From Azolla caroliniana (lineage: Eukaryota > Plantae > Polypodiophyta), in assembly GCA_043228905.1 (NCBI GenBank), contig JBHGNT010000067.1:62001-126000 (forward strand): DNA of 64,000 bases, written 5' to 3'. Positions 1 through 15,840 of the stretch are shown here, one piece after another. Numbering within the stretch: position 1 is the first letter of the stretch; every line of letters begins with the position of its first letter. Made by a program: the position numbers and the translations under genes. Under the pieces are notes generated by a model. The model ran no database searches, was not told the origin of the DNA, and worked only from the letters and a program-made list of their open reading frames with translations.

Positions 1-525
1 GTGGGGAAATATATGTTGGCTATCATGGCAAACCGCAGTTGGCATATACAAGCATCAGGAGGAGGGGACGACTTTGGTGATAAAAGCACAAGAGGTCATT
101 TTCTCCTCCAACGGCAATGTCTAGTCCACTCCTCTTAATGAGAAATCTCAAGAGGTGTTGGAATTGGTCAACCCAATAACTCGTTGGATTCTATTGGAAA
201 CAACGATGTAGGCGAGTCTTGTCCAACCAAACCGCACATCCAACAAGGTTACTACAAGAGATATGGAGTGAAATTGTAGCCACTCTAAAGAGCCAGTATG
301 ATGGCCTCAAGGGCGGCTCCGATGGAGTTGAAAGACAATGAATAGCCTTCATCCAACAATGGTCGTCCTCTCCCTTTCTTGAGTCAGTGGGCATCCACAT
401 AAGATGGAACTATCGCGTCCCTACAGGGATTTGTACATAATCGTCTCATTTGTAAAAATTTATAACTAATGGAAGGAGTTTTTTTTGGAAAGAAGAAGAA
501 GAAGAAGAAGAAGAAGAAGGAAGAA
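1..525 (+). mobile_element. 3' end of a degenerate LINE (L1-like ORF2 C-terminus) with (GAA)n tail
   Basis: Conceptual translation YWKQRCRRV...EIWSEIVATLKSQYDGLKG...WSSSPF, interrupted by a stop. It resembles the remnant at 36.8-37.3 kb (IWKA*CSLVF...NIWLDMVHTLKGQWD) and ends in a GAA run at ~491-518. Confidence 0.55.
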
Positions 526-599
526 TGGACTTTGGACACATTTTGACTTGCTATCACGTATGTAGAATCATACTCACAAAGCTTTCATAACAAATGCAA

Positions 600-1330
600 A
601 AAATGGGTAGTAATATAAGTAAACAACCAATGGTGGCATGTTGTGTGGTTATACGACTAAGGGCACATGAGACTATGTTATATTGGTTCTTCCAATAAAT
701 ACACAACTTACAATTAAACTCAAGAAGGATTTTGGTCCATTGAGCTTTTTGACCCTTCAAATCTGCTTGATTAAAATTTGACTTCAAACATCTATTGTCA
801 AACAAAACTTCAAAATATAGCATAATAGAAATAAGGATGTCATTGTTTGAGAACATGGATAGTAGAAAATAACCCACATGTAGCAAAAATTTGTTCCTCT
901 TTATTCAACTTTTTTCTTTTTTCTTTGAACATAAAGATCTCCTATTTCGAATTGGCACAACCTCTATTTCAAACACAATGGCCTCCAATTCCAACATAAA
1001 AGGGTTTTACTGGGATCCACAATATGCAACAAAATTATGAGAATATGCCCTTAATAATCTATCGTCACCCATGAATTCATAATGGTGTCTCCCAAGCCTT
1101 GTTCACACATTATGGATTATCTCTATGTACATTTCTCATGTAGCATATGAGTATGTTAGTAGTCTAAGTAAGGTATCTCTCACCTTATTTTCAATAACAA
1201 TATCATGAATAATGTATTATAAGCAAAGTTATACCTAAACATTGCCTAACTTTATGCTTGAATACCATTGCATTTGAAAAATGCCACCAAAACTAAATAT
1301 ATAAACATTTGTAATCTCATCAAATCTAAA
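600..1330 (-). mobile_element. Degenerate Ty3/Gypsy pol (RNase H) remnant
   Basis: ORF 554-886 contains FDNRCLKSNFNQADLKGQKAQWTKILLEFNCK...NIVSCALSR, resembling the Gypsy RNase H end TDH+SL...L.GRQARW...L.EF...NVVADALSR. Boundaries approximate. Confidence 0.55.
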
Positions 1331-2817
1331 AATTGGATGGCAAGTTAAACTAAAACTTGGAAAGAAAGTTATGATTAAAATTGTAACGAACACATAACAA
1401 CTTTGAGATCCAAGATTGTCTACTACTTCTTTTTGTCGATACCAACACGCATTGCACACTTCTCGGTTGTTTGTTACGAATAATTGCACAACAAAGAATG
1501 AATATGTTGTATGTTCAAACTATCTTGACTATTTATTGGCATACAATTATTGCTAGAAAGTTGTAACGTACAAAATGGTGAAAGTCCATAAACTTGTTTC
1601 AATACCACCACCACATTTGTTTTCATAGGCTGCATTCATGTTATGGTTTACTAGATTTTCTTATTGTTCTTAGAAATTAGTATATAGATTGTTCAAAGGG
1701 CTCAGTTACATTGTAGAAGAAACTACAAGTAAAGGATATACAAACACATGATAACATTACTTTACTTAACCTTGTAAATATGAAATCTATACAATTTAAT
1801 ACCTTATAATGTAAGAATGGAAATGACTAATCTGACTAATCACTCATTAATGTCACCAAACTTGGCATCCATTTTCTACAAGAAAGCTAATTATATACGT
1901 TTGAGCACCAAAGTCTTCTAGTGTTAAAGCATGGTTAAACCAGCAATAAAATGAAAATAGCGAAACCAAATTATAATGGTAGTACCAAAAACCATACAGA
2001 ACACATAAAAACAATAAACAAGATCAAATAGCAAGATTGATTTTGTTTCAAACAAGAGCGAATACCAATATTGCTTTTCTTTCTCTTTTATTCAAGACAT
2101 GAATTTCTTTTAGGGGATTCATTTTTCTCATTGAGCCTTTTACTTTGTTGTAGACTATAAGTTTGACAGCTTTTTCAATCCACATACCAACCCTTACATT
2201 ATAAAAAAGCTTCATACATTATTCAACTATGTCAAGGCTTTTCTCTCAAGGGACAAAACTATGAAAATGCATCTCTAAAACCTATATTCAAATCTACAAA
2301 AATTACAATTATATTTTTTGTGTTGTTTGTGACCATATTTCTGAAGCCATTATAGCTATAATATCTTCCAAATGTTTTTACATTCTTTACACAATTGTAA
2401 TGACAGAACAAAACTTTGATGGGACACCTTATATATAAGGGTATAACCCAAAAATGAGCAAAATGCGATAATGCCAGCAATTCTAAAATTACATGTGTAT
2501 ATCATCATTCTCTCTATCATTTATTGAGAATCTGTTCATCCAGAAAGCCCAAATCTGTATGTAAGGTACAAAAAAGAGAACATAAAACACAAACAATATT
2601 GTTGCTTAAACATGATGCAAGTAGCAGAGCACATGGTACCTAGTTGCATTCAAAAGATTAAGTAGAATGAATCACATTTATATATATTACAAGACTTATT
2701 TTTGTTATTCAAATCACTTTTGGTATTAAATGTGGTCACTTTTGGTATTAATTTTAATTGTTGGCAACAAGCAAATCATGTAGCCAGAAGAGTAAAAATA
2801 TTAATAATTTAAATTGA

Positions 2818-4879
<2,062 letters not shown>

Positions 4880-5367
4880 GAAGAAGAAGAAACCCCTCCC
4901 AAAAAAGGAAGAAGAAACCCAGAAAAGAAAAGAGGGGGTTTAAAATAGCGGAACAAAATGTAACAACACAATGCCTGATGTGGGCGAGCGAAGGAGTATC
5001 TGAAGGAAAGCAAGGGGGAAATCGAATAAAATGGAAGTTTGAAGGAGAGAGAGAGAGAGAGAGAGATTGCTATGGCTATGGCTATGGCTATGGCGAAAGG
5101 AAGAAGAATCGCCCAATAAGGAGAATTGGGCGAAGAGAAGAGAGAAGGTGGGGTTATAAAGAAAGACAGGAGGAGGATGGATGCATAGATTGTGCTTGCA
5201 GTGTTGAGGCGGGCATTTCTGGAAGGGAAGCAAAAACTCAGAGGAGGACTGAATTACTGCTTCAAAGTTCACCTTTTCCTTAGGGAGGGGTACATCCTGT
5301 AAATAAAAAAAAATTGTTAAGGGGTAGGCCTCATAAATACTCTAAACCTACCATCACTACTTCTAGC

Positions 5368-5587
5368 TAGAAGTCAGGCAACGGGCTCGGCTCAAGCCTG
5401 AACCGAGCCGTTGAACCGTTTTAAATGGTTCAGGATGGCCAAAGCCGATACCGAAACTATTTTGGGATAAACCAGTTACCAAACTAGTTAAGGCTTAATC
5501 AAGTTTGTCTAAAGTAATTTCAGTTTCGATTCAAGTTTGAAAGCTCCCAAACCGGTTAAGTTGAAACCAAATTGTTGCCGATTCCTA
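5368..5587 (+). mobile_element. hAT-type MITE upstream of the UBC gene
   Basis: Imperfect TIR TAGAAGTCAGGCAAC / GTTGCCGATTCCTA; flanking 8-mers CTTCTAGC (5360-5367) and CTTCTACC (5588-5595) match 7/8, consistent with a TSD; internal AACCG/CGGTT-type motifs; relatives at 27596-28243. Confidence 0.7.
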
Positions 5588-7429
5588 CTTCTACCTACAT
5601 CTATCACTAAATCTATCTGTATCTAGATCTTGTAACTGAAATAAAAAAGGGTTTGTTCGAAGAATTGGGCAATTTCTTCGTGTTGATCCGTTTGCCCATC
5701 ATTGCACACCCCACCAGACCAAAGCCTCGTGCCCGTCCGGACAAGATAGTTGACAATGGATTTCTATTCCATCCACTATGTGAGCTTGCTTTATTTCGTC
5801 TTGTCCTCCCTCTTGGCTAGTTGGCCTTGCTTGGGTGGAGCTAGTTGATTGGGTCAAACTTGTGCTTTCCTTTTGTTTTTGTGTTCAATCATGTGCTCAT
5901 TGAGCTCTTCACTTTGACACATACAAAGATATATACATTTTTCTTCCAATTCCATAGGTCAACAAACGATTAAGAAAAACCCAATCCTCCCTCTCCCTCT
6001 CTCAACCACATGATTATGTTATTTGCATAAGAAAAACATTACATGGTTACTACAACCAATGTAGTGCCACCACTACATGGGCAGTGGGGCACACTATAGC
6101 GCCATGTAGGCAAGAAGAATTCTTTACATAGGAGAGAATTTTGACTTGCTCCAATAAACAAATTTGTCACATGAGGACTCCCTTAATCAACTTCCATACA
6201 TATGCTTTGAACTCCAAGCCTACCATCGAACATGAACGCATTGTACATATCTCAATTATGATGCAAACTACAATAGCTTGAAAAAAAAGAACAACAATCT
6301 CAATCTTTTCTTTAGGTCAAGCTATGTAAATTGTTCAAATACACTTTATTTTGTTTTTAGATAGCAACGTGGCAAAACATGCCAAATTTGAAAAGTGTAA
6401 TCCCAAACTTGATGAGAAATTGAACACTATATGAAATGGTGAGGACTATCTTCCTACTGAAAAATGTTTAAGAAAAAACACAAATGCTTGTTACGGATCT
6501 ACATCCATTAGAGTTAACCCCGAAGTAGACTCCCAATTACCACTCCAAACAAAGTCATTTAGTAGAAAATGGCAATCTAGAACACCAACTAGGTTGTAAA
6601 TCTACCACCATCCATAATCAAAGATATAGTAGATAGGGATCCAATCTTCTATCAACCCACCAAGAAGCCCATCAAGGATCCCATTGCATCCTCATATATG
6701 GATACATCATAAACCAAAGATGTCATACGAGGTAACTACTAATGCAAATGGTGAACACGATGTTGTGCATGCCTACAAATCCCTAATTCCTCTAGTGTCC
6801 AACTCCCTTGAAGTCTCTAACATGGAGAATTGCTATACCAATATTTGTTTTATTCATCAAATTTGTTTTTGAACCCCATATTGAGCATTAATCATGCCAT
6901 AATCCCGAATATGTAATGACCTCAAACACATTAAAAAATGTAGACAAGCTATTCCTAACTTCTTGCACAAACACCAAAGAGTAAGAAGATTTTGGCACCC
7001 TTATGGAAGCTTACACCACATATAGGAAATTCCAAATAAATTGATGTCAATTATGGTCCTCTAGTGTGCAAAAAAACATTTTCCTTTGACAATACCCCAT
7101 TGTTATGAAGCAATTGTTGGAGGTAATCCACCTCATAAGCCTCCAAATAAATATCTTAGCTTTGAAATGAAGATATATTGCAAACCGAATTACACCACAA
7201 TCTACCACCAACTATTGCACCTTTTGATTTCCCATTCTTTACTAACCCATTCTACTATCCATGCATGCCCACTTATTAGATTATGATATTCATAAATTAT
7301 TTCTACTTTGGAAAGGCTTTATGATTTGCAAATGTTTAGTCTTAGGCAAATCATATAGTTTGCCTCAATCAAATAGAATTGGGTATTGTAAATCTTGTAT
7401 TTCTTTCACATAGGACTATATAGCTTTGT

Positions 7430-7810
7430 ACACTATTTCTCCCCTCTCTCTGTAGCATTGACAAGTTTTTGAAGTAGGAAGGCATTGAAAAGGTCACAAT
7501 TGGAAATGTAGCTATCATGCTTTTTTATTACAAAGGTTATGTGGTGCTTTTACAACTACTTTACAAGATACCCAAAAGCTTCTAAGTGTATTGATAAACT
7601 TGAGCATGTGTAGTAACAAAGTGTCAACAACACTAAAACAAAAAGGTTATGCTTATGAAGACTCAAAATGAGGATAAGCCAGACATTGTGTACAATAATG
7701 AGCAACTTGAAGTAGTAGAAAGCTTCAAGTACTTTGGGATTGAAGTTCTTTCTAATCACAAATGGAATAAATGTAATACTTGCCACTTGCAAGTGAAAAA
7801 GAGGTCTCAC
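7430..7810 (+). mobile_element. LINE reverse-transcriptase C-terminal remnant
   Basis: ORF 7649-7870 has KPDIVYNNEQLEVVESFKYFGIEV, resembling the LINE RT motif I...g..LE.V..FKYLG, preceded by a frameshifted N.KTK.ML-like segment. Confidence 0.55.
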
Positions 7811-7967
7811 TATTTGTATCATGATTATATAATTGAACTACTTCAGTCTGCAACCCCATTCTCAAAGTGATTAATTTATTTTTATTTACGAAAATATGAG
7901 AAACTACGTTTTCAAAATCTTTTCCTTCTAATTAGTACCATGAAAGATTTGACGTAAATGTATTCTG

Positions 7968-8297
7968 GTGTGTTTAAGAATGTTTTTTATGTGGAACTTA
8001 CTAAGGAGGGCAGAACATTCTAAAGAGGTACAAGTGGTAAAACACCAAATGAAATCTCAAAGTCAAAGATGGTAAACAGAATAAAAATAGGTTTAGAAAT
8101 AATGTCCAAGGTCAAACGAGATTAGACTTTTCTAGTGTGTTTAAGAATGCTTTTTATGTGGGACTTACTAAGGAGGGCAGAGCATTCTAAAGAGGTACAA
8201 GTGGCAAAACACCAAATGAATCTCAAAGTCAACGATGGTAAACAGAATAAAAATGGGTTTAGAAATAATGTCAAAGGTCAAACGAGATTAGACTTTT
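7968..8297. repeat. Tandem duplication, 167-bp period, 2 copies
   Basis: GTGTGTTTAAGAATG...GATTAGACTTTT starts at 7968 and at 8135, with few substitutions. Confidence 0.92.
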
Positions 8298-9508
8298 TAA
8301 AAGTAATCTTCTCCGAGAATTCTTCACACCCATGACATTCATTTGCAATGACCTATTGGGTATTGTTTGATAAAACTCATGAGCCAACACCATTTCAATG
8401 ATCTTGTCACATGAAACCACATGCCACATGCACCTTAAATACTTTCACATAACCATTCCTTCTAATTTAATGGTTATGTAGGTTATCGTGGGGATCCTTG
8501 ACAATATAGCCTTTGTGAAGGCCATGTCAACTTCAAGGAAATTTGGATCCTAACATCAAACTTATTAGATAATTTCTCTCAAACAATTCCTCGAAAATCT
8601 TGAATGTTATCTTTGTTTCTAGTATGTCTTATGTTAATTTGATAATAATATTTCTAATTGGAAAGTGGGCATTGTACTAATCAAAACAACTAGAAGCCCT
8701 AATATTACTTCACGTGAAAAAGTCGGTAAGCATTGACCTCTATGATGTGTGATACCAAGAATCAATGCACATGTAATATTACAAGTTCATTTCTCTAGTA
8801 GTGTACCGACCACTACAAACGTAAGGATTAAGGTAGTTCCAACATGACAAATGCGCTTGTGTACAAGAGCTTAGGACGAAACTTTACGAGTTTACCAAAC
8901 TTATTTCCATTTCCTTCCTGAACGCCCAACCATCATTGTCATCAATGATCAACATTGTATTGTATTTGTGGTGCTGATTGTAGATGTCATTTACTACTGG
9001 TAATGCATGAGGATAAACATGATCATAATTGGCTTGCTAAGATTGGTGTACCACATTATGTTGAAGGGGCTTGACATTGGAAAGTTAATACTTAAGTTGG
9101 AGGGTCTTGATGAGTTTTAGTAGGTACATGGGTTTACTCATGGCCACAAAATTACTACATGAATGTCCACACTCAAAATCCAAAGATGCTTAAAGAAGCC
9201 TTCATGTGCTTAAATTTTTCATCCAATTTACAGTGAACGAAAAATGTAAAGGAGAAAAAGTAGTTGAAAAGATTCAAACCTCATCTCTTCCGAAACTGCA
9301 AAGTCGAGACTGGACACTACTCAAACAACAAGGCTCTCTCAAGTACAAGAATAAGAACTCTGACTTGAATGAATTTCGTCGAAAATCTTAATTAAAACAA
9401 ATGAGAAGATCATTACAACCTCGAAAAAGAAGGCCAAGAGACTTGGGCTAGCCATCTCAGGACCTCGGATGTTCCGTCATTGTATTGTGGGTATATTGCA
9501 ATAAAGAA

Positions 9509-9580
9509 AAGGTGTTGACCAGATGGCTTCGGCCCCTGTTTTGCAAGCCATAGGTTGGGAGTTCAATTCCTGCTCCTCGA
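9509..9580 (+). other. Degenerate tRNA-like sequence (possible SINE head or tRNA pseudogene)
   Basis: A-box-like TGACCAGATGG and B-box-like GAGTTCAATTCC at tRNA-like spacing, with a TTGCAA loop between them. Stems pair poorly. Confidence 0.3.
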
Positions 9581-10193
9581 TTTCCCTATTAAGAGGAAAA
9601 AATCGAAGAAGAATATATAAGAATTTTTTTTCTCTCCTCATGATTACCACCTCTTCTTCACACCAACAGTTAAAATTCTGTCTTCTTCCGCATAACTAGA
9701 CTTGCTTATGGTAATTGCTAATCTCTTTTCTTGGCAATCTTCTTCTTTTCTCTTTTCTCTTTTTTCTTTACTGCCTTTCCCTTGCTTATGCTATTCCAGA
9801 GGAAGTTTTAATATACTGATGAGAAGAAAGTATAGGAGCTTCTGCTTCCCTTGTAATTAGGTTTCAATTAGAATTCTCTGGCATTTACGATATCATCATT
9901 GTTTCAAGAGGCTCATAAAGGAACACTGATGAATCAAGTTTCTATCACATCATACCAAAGCAAGTTATTCGATCATCACCATATTTCCTCAAGCGCTTCT
10001 AGAAATTTTGACTGGGTCTCCGTCATTGTTATCTAGATGAAGAAAACAAACCTCTAATAAATTTATCTGCCACATGTAAAATCATATATACTGGTTATCC
10101 TTTGGAAAGATTATACCAAAGGCATACCTTTGAAGGTGCACAATTCGTCAATGTCACTTCCTATGGAAGAACCAATAGAAGTAGAGCAATTAG

Positions 10194-13100
10194 TCACTTC
10201 AGGTGTGGCTTAAAACTCTTTTTAGAATATTTGGTAATAAATCGACGCAAGTTCTTCGCTTTTCTATCTGGAGTAAGGCCAGCTTGTATCATTCTGTCAT
10301 AAGTAAATACAGCCTGCAACAAAATCAAGTACAAACTTTCAACATATTGTTACAAAATAATGTTATAATGATATTGTATGTTTTAATACGTTATACATCA
10401 GATATCAATGTTGTGTAAATAGTAATACCTCATCAAATTTCTCAGCATTGATAAAGCCCTTCATTAGGGTTGTATATGTCACCAGATCTGGAGTAATACC
10501 CTAGCCAAATAATCAACCACTAGTCTTTCAGAAACATGAATATACTCGATGTTTCTTTCCTTGAAAGATAATATTAATATAATGGCTTATAATTAAGAAC
10601 TGTGACATCAGGAACATGTGCTAGCTTATTGGTATTTTCATTTTGTACACCAGCATTGTGTGCAGGATGTTGTATATACATAGAACTAGGCTGCAAGCCA
10701 TTTCATGGAATGTCGACAGAACTAGTTGTTAAAGAGTTGGATATATCATATATTCGAATATGACTAATTAGCACAATACTGATCTTGAGAGGATGTTCAT
10801 GCAAACAATGGCTACAGTGGACAACTTAAGTAAATGAAAAGCTAGAACGAGAGAGTAAGAGACAGGTCACAGAAATAGCACAAAGTACCATAGTTAAAAT
10901 GTTAGGTACAAAACAGATACCTCACGAGGGCGACTGCCCATGAGTGAGGAATCGGGCTCATAACTAACATGGTTCAGAATGAATGTATAAAAAAAAGGGC
11001 CTTTTCATCAAGCTGAGTAAGTACGACACCAAAAGACAAGCTCACACTGGTGTGAGAAGACAAAATGACATGTTTGAGAAGGCCATAGATTAGGGCAGAA
11101 AACTCAGGTAAGACAAACAACAGCATGGGTTGCCAACCTTTAAAAGTTACATGCATTTATGAATGGTAACTAATCTGTAGACCAATTTTGTTGGTCATAT
11201 GTGTATTAATCTATTGGGAAAAAACCAGGTCTTGAACCTACAATCAAATTCTTTGTTCAAACCTATGTAATTTTGGGAAGCCCTTGCATTGCTATATCTT
11301 CTGTAAGTTGAATTCTTCACTTTACATTTTAATGTGGCTGTTTAATAGAGATCTTACATTCTGATGCATGTATTCAAACACCGCCAGTCCCTCTTCTGGC
11401 TTAGCTGCTACACTGAAGGAGTTTAATACAGAATTCAACATCACTATATTTGTCTCAATGCCATCTGCTTCCATTTTTTTGAAGACAGCCATAGCTTGCT
11501 CACAAAGCCCCTGTGACATGACCAAATGAACAGAAAACCACAAGTCATTAAGGCTATTCTTACCAACCAAAGAAAACTTTGAATTATTGAGTTAAGGTAA
11601 CAAATCCTAACTGTTCCTTTGATCTATTGATTCTAAAGAAGAGACGGAAAATAGTAAACAAAAAATCTCGAGTACAATTCTTTAATTTTGATAGTTGTTA
11701 AAAAACACGTATTCTACATTTTGAATACATTTTAGAATACTCTGAAGTATTCTACACTAATTCTACGTTTTCAAATTGCCATTTTTCAAATTTCCACGTA
11801 TTCTACATAATCTAAAAACTTGACATATTCTACGTATTCTACATATTTAGCAAGTATTTAACCTTTCAAAAAAGTTTAAAACTTTTTTAATTATTACTTT
11901 TTATATTTTTTTATATTTTAATAAGTATTTAACGTATTTTACAAGTATTCTACGTATTTTAAGTATTCTACACATGCTCTAAGTATTTAATGTATTTTTT
12001 CTGTAAAATATGTATCTAAGCATTTTGTTTTTGAAGTTGGAATACTTGAAGAATACTTTAAATACGATAGACATTGTATGCTAAGTATTCTATAAGTATG
12101 GTCTATCTCTAAAGACTAAAAAGAAAATCAACTTCTTATTTTGAATCAAGATAATAAAAAACCCGTGCGCATAGCATACTGTTGTCAGGGGATAGCTTCA
12201 GTACAAAACATATTTTGACTATGAAGAAATGTTAGATGATGCTCTCATGCTACATGGATTCACCAATGACCTAAAAACACTCACCTCTTTCTCAATCATA
12301 CAAAACTAAAATCCGTTTGAATAGCCAAAAAAATGACAGGGAATGAGAATGCAACAGCTGTGAAAGTTTAAGAACCCACTTAATCAGGACAAGAAGTATG
12401 AACTATTGTTTAAAATGATGAGGAATTATGAAATCTCCTACAAATCAACAAAGGTCATAACACCACATTGCCCCCCTTTCCTGCCATTTGATAGCCATGT
12501 CCTCAGAGGTTTTTTGTTTTCCGATCACCAACATGTCTTCTTTCATGCATATCGATATGATTCTTCATCAAGAGGGAATGGCATAAATTGGGCAACCTCA
12601 TTACAACCTCAATGGGTATCCTCTTCAACGGAGTCATGGAATTGTTGTGAGCTCCCAATCACAAAAAAGTTAACTCTAGTTTAGCTGACTGAGAAAGAAG
12701 CTAGCGAACAAGACCTGCTGAATGTGTGGATTTGTTGTGTTCAATCACCTGCAGGTACAAATACAAAGTATGAACAAGCGAATCCACAAGTTCAACCAGT
12801 CTCATCAGCTAGCTTCTTATGCCATATTTCCTTTCACTTCATTTCCTCCTCTAAAACTTGAATGCACTCTATGCTGAAATTTGGTTTCTCTGCAATGGAA
12901 ATTGATATGGGAAGCTTCCAAATCATTCTTCACTGACAATGATAGATAGTAAAATAATGCCGCCTCAGCACTCAAATTTTTGTACTCAAGAGTGCCTCTC
13001 AGGCAGCCAACCAACCACATACTGATCCTGGAGTCTAACTGTCATGCTCATCTAATCTGGACACCATTGGCTTCATTCACTTTACTTTGGGAATGCAATG

Positions 13101-15840
13101 TCATCTTGTCTATGGCATAAAACAATAACAAAAATTACATCTCCTTCAAACTGGCAAATAGATATTATCTTCACACGAGGCCAGTTTTGTATAAACTAAA
13201 ACAAGAACAGACAAAAGGGGAATTTTGAGAGATAAAAAGAATCACAAGAAACACAGTCAAAAGATCATTCACATGCAGCATGAAACAAACTACAATTGCA
13301 AAGTCCAAAAGCAAAAGATCATTGAATTCATCATGCTCGCATGAACAAAAGCAATGACGTCCTTAGTCATGTAATGGGTGCCCACAAGTAGATATAGCCT
13401 TATAACAAGCACCGAACTGATCACCCACCCAACATCCCATTATTCCTATTGATCACCAATCATGGTGATGAAAATGAAAAACAACTGCAGAAAGCAAAAA
13501 CCATGGCATTGCTTCCCAAGATTAGAATATGGCTCTGCATCATCCACACCCAACTTTGGGTGTAGAGTGATAACAAGTAACAACAAGCCAATACTGACAC
13601 TTCTCCCATAGGTGATAGTTCATGCCGAAGATCAGTACTGAATACTCCAGCATAGATGCATGCAAACACAAACACTACAGAGGTTCTGGAAGTTTGAACA
13701 GATATATCACATAAAAGTACAAGAAATTACATACCTGTCGAGCATATGCATTTGCTAATGCACAGTACACACTTGCTTCAGGTTTTGTGGATCGAGTTCT
13801 CATCATCTCCAAACACTCGAATGCATCATGAAATCTACCTGATTGACCGTACACATCAACTAATGTAGTATAGGTAACGGTATTTGCAACCAAACCATTG
13901 TTCTTCATATCATCAAGAATGCTCTTGAGGTCTTTCCAGAGCCTAAGGCGCCCTAGGTAATCAATCAATATGTTATAAGTGTGGGAGCTCGGTTTACATC
14001 CTTCCAATTTCATAGAAGAGAAGGTTTGCAATGCTTTCTTCGTCTCACCTGCCCTAAAGTGGCATTCTATAAGTGAATTCCATGTTATTACATCAGGTTC
14101 TATGCCCTCAGACCTCATCTTCTTGAATATTTCACGTGCTTTTTCAGCCTTCCGATGCTTACCAAATGTGTCAATGGCAATATTATAAACATGCCTATTC
14201 GGATGAATACCTTCTTCTTTCATTTTACTCAAGGTTTTCATGGCACTTAACCATCGACCTGCCCCTTTGAAGGCAGTCATTAATCTACCGTACACAAACG
14301 CATCAGGTTGCAAACCATTGCCTTTCATTTCTTGGAACAAAGACCAAGCTTTTTCTAGTTCTCCAGCATTTACTCGATAATCAATGAGTATACTATATGT
14401 TTGCTCATCCGGTTCTACTTTGGCATCCACCATATAAGACCTCATCACATCTTCTGCTAAATCTAACTGTCCTTTCTTTGCATATCCTCTTATCAATGTA
14501 TTGTATGTTCTAAGGTTTGGTGTCCGACCATAAGCTTTCATCTCCTTAAATATATGTTGTGCTTCATTCATCCTCCCCGAATAGCATAAAGCAAATATGA
14601 TAACAGTATAGACTGTAGCATTCGGAATGAAACCGTGATTCTTCATATCTTCCAAAAGTCGTAAGCTTTGTTCTGCATCGGCTGAACCAGCTATGGCATA
14701 AGTCACATCATTGTAAAGTTTTTCATCAAAATGTATTTGATCGTCAAGCATATATTCATAAAGCTTCACGATTTCATGACTTTGTAACTTTGTTTTAATA
14801 CACGCTTGAGTTGCAAATGTATAGAGAACACGGTCAGGTTTCATTCCTTCTTGTCTCATCTTCTTTATCAAGATAAGTAACCGAGAATACTCCTTCTTCT
14901 TCCAGCAGAGCTCAATCAATGCATTATAAGTCTGATATCCTTTCACTTCTATCTGATCTGCAAAAGACAATGCTTCAGAAAATCTGCCATTTTTACCAAG
15001 TCCTTCAATAATGACAGAAAACAGGTCATCATAGAAGACCTTAAACCTGTGTTTTTTTATCCAGTTAAGAAGATTAATGGCTGTTCGAGCTTCACCATTT
15101 CTGCATAAAGCTTTCAGAACAGTTATCCATAGGTTATGAGGAACCTTCTTGTATTTCATAGCAAGTTCCATGTCATGCAAACCCTTCTGAGCCGAAGGTA
15201 TAACTCTAGTTCTTTCACCTTCTTCTATAGCGAAGGATGATCTTAAGTTCTTGTCAAGCTCTGAAATTACGCTGTTTACCTGATCTAATTCTTTGGATGA
15301 GCTTGTGCTCTCGTCAGAATCTGAACTAAGGCTGCAAACTACACTTGAAAGTTTGTTTTGACATTCGTCTGTTGACATATACGAAGTCATGTAATCATAA
15401 AGATTATCCTTTTGAGGTTCGACTTCCGCAAAAGAAGCATTCTGATATTCATTTTCACATGAAACTTCTTTTTCTTCGTCTGTCAGAACAATTGTTGTCA
15501 CATCTGGTAGTCCTTCTTCCTCCTCTTCTTCTTCAGCAATGCTTTTTGATCCATCCAAATCCTGAATAAATCTAACAAGAACTGGGAAATCCCACTGTTC
15601 TTGATCTGAAGGTGGGGGATAATAATCAAAGGCCGAATGAACAGTAGACAAACCAGATGATAAAGTGGTGGCAAAAGGCTGCATTGATGCAGAACACAAG
15701 AAATACTTGCGAAGAAGGAACGTACGAGAATTGAGAGAAAGAATTTCGAGACTCCATGGCTGAGGCAGCATGCGGCTATGGCGGACGTGAGGAAAGAGAC
15801 AGAGGTTCGTAGGGAGGTTGAGGAGAGGCGCCATGGCCAT
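10194..15840 (-). CDS. CRP1: P-class pentatricopeptide repeat protein, CRP1/At5g42310-like, probably plastid-targeted, ~816 aa, 4 exons
   Basis: Exons 15840-13735, 11510-11358, 10500-10429 and 10313-10194, all GT-AG and phase 0. Tandem 35-aa PPR motifs; C-terminus ALANAYARQ|GLCEQAMAVF...YMHQN|GITPDLVTYTTLMK...FDE|AVFTYDRMIQAGLTPDRKAK resembles the CRP1 family as I recall it. An alternative in-frame ATG lies at 15897. Confidence 0.9.
11692..12100. mobile_element. AT-rich MITE-like insertion with repeated (C/A)GTATTCTAC motifs in PPR intron 1
   Basis: Many dispersed copies of GTATTCTAC/GTATTTAA between 11709 and 12095, like subterminal repeats of non-autonomous DNA transposons. No second TIR or TSD found. 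Confidence 0.4.

Noticed and set aside
4940-5283. Two ~100-aa ORFs upstream of UBC
   Set aside because: They cover the CT/GA-rich leader and promoter; low complexity, no family motifs.
12406-13020. Short ORFs and a CTGCAG|GT site in PPR intron 1
   Set aside because: Exons 1 and 2 already join in frame to give contiguous PPR motifs; no support for an extra coding exon.
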